A stretch of DNA of 64,000 nucleotides. Origin: a virus. Position 1 is the stretch's first letter; each line of letters begins with the position of its first letter. The stretch is taken from the IMG/VR virus record IMGVR_UViG_3300014834_000367, positions 33,764 to 97,763 of that record; one strand, 5' to 3'. The translations under genes and the position numbers were made by a program. The notes below the pieces were generated by a model. The model saw only the letters and a list, made by a program, of their open reading frames with translations. It did no database searches and was not told where the DNA came from. Positions 59,122 to 64,000 of this stretch are shown piece by piece.

Positions 59122-59940
59122 ATGCCATTTTTGACGCCAGGCGATTGGGAAAAAACAAGATTCCAGCGCCTAACTTTAGAGACAGCTGATACAATAATTC
59201 CACTCTATGACGCGGACGTATGGCAACATTTTCCACAACAAAGATGGCTTTTTAATAAGCTCACTTTATCTGCAGAACTCGGGTATGATGTAGCTCCACA
59301 TGGCATAATGCCAAATAAATATCCAGCCTTCAGCAAGCCAATTTTAAGCTTACAAGAAACCACCGTTAATTATGACGTGTGGACATCAGAGAAAGATGTA
59401 AGATTCCAATCTGGATATTTTTGGATGCCATTTTTCGAAGGAGAACATCTATCAACTGATGTTTTGGTGCATGATAATCATATTATCTGGTCATGTTCAG
59501 CTATAGGCACACCAATCGGCGATGGCAGAATTTCTGAGTGGACGATAGACACTGATATTAAATTGCCAAAGGCAATTAAAGAATTCGTCAAACATAAAAT
59601 TTATATGAGCTATAATGGCGCTTTAAATTTTGAAACAATAGGCGGAAATATTATTTCTGTTCATTCACGCTTCACCACGCAATGGTTTGATTTTTATGAC
59701 CCAAGATTTTTGGGAGCGCTGATCACTTTATACCGAGATAAAAACCCACTGCCTGCTACGAAATTGAAACCGGGACTTTGCGGCACTTCAAAATGTTTTT
59801 GGGGAAAGACGCAGCAGGGAACTGAAGATGAAACAGTTGGTATGAAAGTAGACACTCGCGTTAAGAATAATCTTTGCAGCAACAAAGAATGGTATAAGCT
59901 AGGATATAGCAACGAAAGAGTTGTCAAAAAAGAAGTTTAA
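59122..59940 (+). CDS. ATP-grasp-like protein
   Basis: KPI.SL, FWMPFFEGEHLS.D, NFE.IGG..I.VH.R. Confidence 0.55.
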   Translation: MPFLTPGDWEKTRFQRLTLETADTIIPLYDADVWQHFPQQRWLFNKLTLSAELGYDVAPHGIMPNKYPAFSKPILSLQETTVNYDVWTSEKDVRFQSGYFWMPFFEGEHLSTDVLVHDNHIIWSCSAIGTPIGDGRISEWTIDTDIKLPKAIKEFVKHKIYMSYNGALNFETIGGNIISVHSRFTTQWFDFYDPRFLGALITLYRDKNPLPATKLKPGLCGTSKCFWGKTQQGTEDETVGMKVDTRVKNNLCSNKEWYKLGYSNERVVKKEV

Positions 59941-60078
59941 TAAAATTGCCCAGTAGTACAATATGTGAGAGAAAGCGGACTCTCCTTTGATGTTGAATTT
60001 ATTTCAACATTCGTTCGTTTTAACTCTTTTCATGAAAGCAATAATAACATATCATGAAATCATATTGTTGGTGTAATT

Positions 60079-60600
60079 ATGGAAACTTCAATCACATGTG
60101 GTAGTTGGAAATTAACTCGAAAAATAAGTCAAGGCGAAAGAGAAAATGTTCGCGCTGGTTTATTTCAGGTTTTATTAATAGATTCACCGCAATTACAAAC
60201 TCAGCTTCTTTCATGCAAAATAGTTGCAAATCGTCTTGGTCATCGTCTTAGAATATTTTTAAATCATTCAAGAATTGTTCGTCTTAATCAACAAGATGAA
60301 TTACAACTTTCGTGGATCAATGCCGTGAATGATGATCTGATGTTGCAGGACGATTTGTCATTTGAGGAATTTTCAAAAATATATCGAAAAGTAGACATTA
60401 TTGTAGAAGCAGTTGGAAATAAATTAACGGCGCCTGAACTTGAATTCGGATTATTTTCTTTGTGGAAAAACACCGGAGGCAGAGGAGGTTTTCTGGGAGG
60501 AAAAGGCGCTTGGCTGTCTGAAGAAGAACAGGTCAAAATGTTTCCAGATCCTGAACTTGATGAGAAGAAATTATGGAAAAGATTTATCTCTCGTAAATAA
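60079..60600 (+). CDS. Hypothetical protein
   Basis: ORF with no recognised motif. Confidence 0.5.
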   Translation: METSITCGSWKLTRKISQGERENVRAGLFQVLLIDSPQLQTQLLSCKIVANRLGHRLRIFLNHSRIVRLNQQDELQLSWINAVNDDLMLQDDLSFEEFSKIYRKVDIIVEAVGNKLTAPELEFGLFSLWKNTGGRGGFLGGKGAWLSEEEQVKMFPDPELDEKKLWKRFISRK

Positions 60601-60679
60601 CATTAGTATATTGTTTGTAATTTTTAAACGGTTGATATATAATTACATCATCTTGCAAATATTGATGTATTAAAAATAT

Positions 60680-60768
60680 GCGGGCTGTTCCCTGCGGATG
60701 ACTGTAAATCATTTGCCATAATATGCAGGGTGGCTGGTGATTAGGTTCAATTCCTTCAGTCCGCACCA
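60680..60768 (+). tRNA. Atypical tRNA-Tyr(GUA)-like RNA without a canonical D-arm
   Basis: GCGGGCTG/CAGTCCGC acceptor stem plus ACCA; GATGA-CTGTAAA-TCATT anticodon arm; long variable arm; GGTTCAATTCC T-loop. Confidence 0.7.
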
Positions 60769-61057
60769 TTATTGAAAAACGAGGGTGCCACGCCTATGTC
60801 CACTAATCCCTATGTGGTTATGCGCAACATGGCGAAAAATGATTGGAAAGGTCAAGCGAGTCCAATCATCCCCTGTCTAGCGAGCGGGATCGTCGTCCTG
60901 ATACAGACAATATGGGATCAGTTTAGGGACTGAGACCATATTGAAGTATACTCGCGATCTGAATAGATATGAACAAGTGTACTTCAATATGGTGAATATA
61001 ATTAGTAAAAACAGTGTACGATTTCAAAAGTTGTTGTTATAATAGACACATAAATTG

Positions 61058-61172
61058 AAAATCTAGATATCTGATATCTGATATCTGATAACTGAGTCCC
61101 ATTGGAAGGGAGCAGCGCTAAGTTGAAAATCTGTTGGTTCGATTCCAACCAGTTATCAGTTACCTAGGTTTT
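61058..61172 (+). ncRNA. tRNA-like RNA with an extended closing stem and no CCA (Y-RNA-like candidate)
   Basis: CTGATAACTG/CAGTTATCAG stem, TCCC-ATTGGAA-GGGA D-like arm, GTTGG-TTCGATT-CCAAC T arm; promoter-like sequence near 61014. Confidence 0.55.
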
Positions 61173-61562
61173 AACAGAATTGATGGGTGGAGATTACGTC
61201 TCCCTTAACTGGTGGCCTGGTAATCAGGGAACTGCATGTCTGCAACAGTGGCATGAGAAATACAGGAGCAACAGTGACGTAATTGACAGATCGGAAAGAC
61301 GATCTTTATATTGAAGCGTATTTTAAAATCCCGTAACTTCCTAGCAAATCCGGAATAATCTAGGAAGCAACCGGAAAAAGGGTAAAAATCGCAAGAGTGG
61401 GATATTCGGCGGTGAGAATCCGCAGAGAGTATGCTTCAATATAAATTAGCAAAAGCTGTTTACAATTGCCGCGAACTTACATTATACGTTATTTTGGTCG
61501 GTAGAACTGAGTCGCTCTCAGATTGAGACTAAGATACACAGTGTGTTTCCATATGGAAAATA

Positions 61563-61627
61563 GTGTACAAATTGGAAAACTCTTGTTATAATAGCTACAT
61601 CAGTTAAACAAGTTGGAGATTGAAATG
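61563..61627 (+). promoter_or_regulatory. Duplicated early promoter plus RBS cassette, copy 1
   Basis: GTGTACA-N17-TATAATAG.TACATCAGTTAAAC.AG.TTGGAG.TTGAAATG. Confidence 0.75.
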
Positions 61628-62116
61628 ATTTACTCTCAATATCTTCAAATTGGAAAAAACGAAATGCAGCGCGGGGAAGTAGCTCAGAGCTTAACACCAC
61701 GAGCAGAAAAACATATTAAACGCGCCCAAAAACGTGCCACAGCAGCTCAAGCCTTAGCAAACCTTCATGCTCTACAGCAAGCCGAAAAAAGAGCAGCATT
61801 CGACGCTAAGTACAATGATGGCCGGGCAGTCAAGATAGAGCTTACCGTAAGTGTTGGTCGGAAGTTAGAAAAACGCGAATTTATCATTGACAATTTTATT
61901 GAAGTTAGGCACAAGTTAGAAGGTATAGTTCTCGTGGATATGAGTCACCTCTCAGGTCATATTGGAGAAAAATCTACTTACGCCATTAAGAAGGATGCTA
62001 TTCAATTTTATACTGGCTCTATTCCAGAGTACTTATTTGATCTGCCAAAACGGACTCGTCAGAAGCCAGAGTTTGTTGGAACAAATGATCTTAGGCGTGA
62101 AACTTTTGAGGTATAA
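61625..62116 (+). CDS. Hypothetical early protein
   Basis: Directly follows the promoter cassette. Confidence 0.65.
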   Translation: MIYSQYLQIGKNEMQRGEVAQSLTPRAEKHIKRAQKRATAAQALANLHALQQAEKRAAFDAKYNDGRAVKIELTVSVGRKLEKREFIIDNFIEVRHKLEGIVLVDMSHLSGHIGEKSTYAIKKDAIQFYTGSIPEYLFDLPKRTRQKPEFVGTNDLRRETFEV

Positions 62117-62128
62117 AATTTTTAAAAA

Positions 62129-62194
62129 GTGTACAACTTCAAAAGATGTTGTTATAATAGTTACATCAGTTAAACCAGTTTGGAGTTTGAAATG
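62129..62194 (+). promoter_or_regulatory. Duplicated early promoter plus RBS cassette, copy 2
   Basis: Near-identical to 61563-61627. Confidence 0.75.
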
Positions 62195-62455
62195 CTTACT
62201 ATTGAAAAACTTCTGGCAAAAATCGAATTGTCAAACAATGGTTACATTTCTTACCCAACTGCTGCCGAACTTCGACTGGCGCGCCAAAACCCAGGTGTGG
62301 TAAAAATTGAAAACGGCCTGATCAGCAAAGTGTCAACCAAAATTGAATATCTTAAAACTTCAACTAAACAAGTTACTTCTAAAGTTTTAGTTAACGATTT
62401 CGATTACGAAGGCGCAATTCTTGCTCGTCAAGAATCTAAGATGATCGATTTCTAA
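62192..62455 (+). CDS. Hypothetical early protein
   Basis: Follows the cassette; C-terminal DFDYEGAILARQE. Confidence 0.65.
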   Translation: MLTIEKLLAKIELSNNGYISYPTAAELRLARQNPGVVKIENGLISKVSTKIEYLKTSTKQVTSKVLVNDFDYEGAILARQESKMIDF

Positions 62456-62472
62456 AAATTTTGGAGATTAGA

Positions 62473-62667
62473 ATGATAGCTTACGGAAATTGGATGGTTA
62501 GATATGCCACCGTGTATCGCAAATATCTAATTGAAGCTTGTGGATATTCTAAAGAAAAAGTAAATTCGTTCGATTTCTCTGATCTGCAAAAAGAAGTAAA
62601 ATCCTTTGGCGGCATCAAAGCAGACAGCTTTAAACCATACCGCAACATGCTGAATGGCGCTTGGTAA
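62473..62667 (+). CDS. Hypothetical protein
   Basis: GGAG RBS. Confidence 0.55.
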   Translation: MIAYGNWMVRYATVYRKYLIEACGYSKEKVNSFDFSDLQKEVKSFGGIKADSFKPYRNMLNGAW

Positions 62668-62925
62668 ATTAAGTTGTTTCAATTATGCTGTATTGTTTTG
62701 GAAAAATCCTGTGTACACCAGGATAATGCACTCTCACTGTACTGGATGTCGACTATCAAGGTACATGAGTTAGCATACATGAAAACGTCGCGACGGCGGC
62801 TCATATAAGTGTGTGCTGGTAAAAGCAAACGGCAGTAGGGTTATTGCTGTCCATAACAAGACAATACACCATAGCTGGAACAACAACATGTTTTATGTTA
62901 AAAATTAATAAAGACAATTCGGGAG

Positions 62926-63411
62926 ATGAAAATGATCTTCAACAAAGTTCGTGAACTCAAAGACCGTGGCCTGAAAATCGGAATCACATTTTCTACATTT
63001 GACTTGTTGCACGCTGGTCATGTTGCTATGTTGGCTGAAGCCAGAAATCACTGTGACTATCTGATCGCGGCCCTTCAAACTGATCCAACTATTGACCGTC
63101 CTAATACTAAAAATAAGCCGGTTCAATCAATTGTTGAACGTCAAATTCAACTTGCGGCCACCCGGTACGTCGATGAAATTGTTGTTTATCAGACCGAAAA
63201 AGATCTTGAAGACATTATGTTGACGCTGCCAATCAATGTCAGAATTCTTGGCGTTGAGTATCTTGGCAAAGAATTCACTGGTAAGGAGATTTGTCAACAA
63301 CGTAATATAGAATTGATCTACAACAGTAGAGATCATAGCTTTAGCTCAAGCAGCCTAAGAAAGCGCGTAGCCGAATCAGAAGCCAATTCAAAGCTTGCTA
63401 AAAACAAGTAG
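62926..63411 (+). CDS. Glycerol-3-phosphate cytidylyltransferase-like protein (TagD family)
   Basis: TFDLLHAGH, KNKPVQSIVER, RDHSFSSS.LR. Confidence 0.85.
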   Translation: MKMIFNKVRELKDRGLKIGITFSTFDLLHAGHVAMLAEARNHCDYLIAALQTDPTIDRPNTKNKPVQSIVERQIQLAATRYVDEIVVYQTEKDLEDIMLTLPINVRILGVEYLGKEFTGKEICQQRNIELIYNSRDHSFSSSSLRKRVAESEANSKLAKNK

Positions 63412-63451
63412 TAATAGCTCTGCTGGTCTTAGGACTCATTTTATCTGCGCC

Positions 63452-63489
63452 TATAAATAGTTTACAATCACACATTTGAATGATATAAT
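63452..63489 (+). promoter_or_regulatory. Abutting late (TATAAATA) and early (TTTACA-N17-TATAAT) promoters
   Basis: TATAAATA 63452-63459; TTTACA 63461-63466; TATAAT 63484-63489. Confidence 0.65.
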
Positions 63490-63524
63490 TCAAACATCTG
63501 CAAAAGATTTGAACGGAGCTTGAC

Positions 63525-63680
63525 ATGCAAATCACTCTTAAGAGCTTCATCGAAGAACAGGCTATTCTTAAAGCAATTCAGGCTGAAGGCGGTATTCTAA
63601 CTGAAGAGCAGGAGTGGACAGAAGGCCAAACTGCGGATGAGTTACTCGCGGAGTTAGGTCTTGGCAACAATAACGTTTAA
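63525..63680 (+). CDS. Short acidic putative antitoxin (DinJ-like C-terminus)
   Basis: MQITLKSFIEE...GQTADELLAELGL; GGAG RBS; overlaps the toxin start. Confidence 0.6.
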   Translation: MQITLKSFIEEQAILKAIQAEGGILTEEQEWTEGQTADELLAELGLGNNNV

Positions 63681-64000
63681 GCGCTCAAAGCTATTCAACA
63701 AAACATTTGAGAAAATAGAGCAGCAAGTTAAAAAGAAGTTTGCTGACTTCATCGACTGGAAAACCAAAAATCCAACACAACCATTTGGCGGCAGTGATTA
63801 CGCTTTTAGCAATAGGAGTGCTCTGGCTGGATATTGGCACGCCCATTTAACCCGCGACATGAGTCTTGTTTATAGGTTTGAAAATGGAGTTTTTTATCTA
63901 TACGGCATTTTCAGTCATCGTGATTTGGGCACTGGCACCCCACCAAATTTGCAAAAGCAAAAACAATCTGGTCAAAAATTTGATAATCAAACATTTGAAC
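63661..64000 (+). CDS. YafQ/RelE-family mRNA interferase-like toxin, 3'-truncated by the window edge
   Basis: TTG start after GGAG; F.K.F.K, YWHAHLTRDMSLVY, LYGIFSHRDL. Confidence 0.7.
   Translation, partial: MATITFKRSKLFNKTFEKIEQQVKKKFADFIDWKTKNPTQPFGGSDYAFSNRSALAGYWHAHLTRDMSLVYRFENGVFYLYGIFSHRDLGTGTPPNLQKQKQSGQKFDNQTFE

Noticed and set aside
61110-61126. Amber-suppressor tRNA (CTA in a loop) or TAG recoding
   Set aside because: The anticodon stem is weak, with no U33 and no CCA end. Genes are intact in the standard code and TAG acts as a stop (for example at 8793, 34822 and 63411).
3411-63336. Numerous 60-130 aa ORFs nested in or antisense to the called genes
   Set aside because: They have no motif or RBS support and are fully overlapped by well-supported genes.

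Overview
A 64-kb segment of a large, AT-rich, lytic T4-like/jumbo dsDNA phage genome. Nearly all genes are on the + strand, with T4-type late promoters (TATAAATA-like) and sigma70-type early promoters (GTTTACA/GTGTACA-N16-17-TATAAT). The standard genetic code is used. The host is probably proteobacterial, possibly betaproteobacterial (inferred from the H-NS type and the permuted tmRNA with tag ANDSTFALAA). In order, the window holds: the end of a fibre-like gene; a T4 alpha-glucosyltransferase homologue followed by UDP-uronic-acid genes and dCMP deaminase; a replication block (two-piece miniature DnaE, GroES, clamp loader); class Ia RNR with nrdA fractured by a GIY-YIG endonuclease and an HNH gene before nrdB; ADP-heptose-type genes; two heptad-repeat paralogues; a permuted tmRNA preceded by degenerate tmRNA copies whose intervening segments carry small protein genes; putative head-packaged proteins; H-NS; a late module of Tyr-rich, collagen-like and fibre proteins, several sharing a C-terminal motif; a ~11-kb glycan-synthesis cluster; a PlcP/Agt-like lipid-remodelling pair; DNA ligase; an atypical tRNA-Tyr with several structured ncRNA candidates; and a YafQ-like toxin-antitoxin pair at the right edge. 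All family assignments come from motif recognition by eye; no database search was run.
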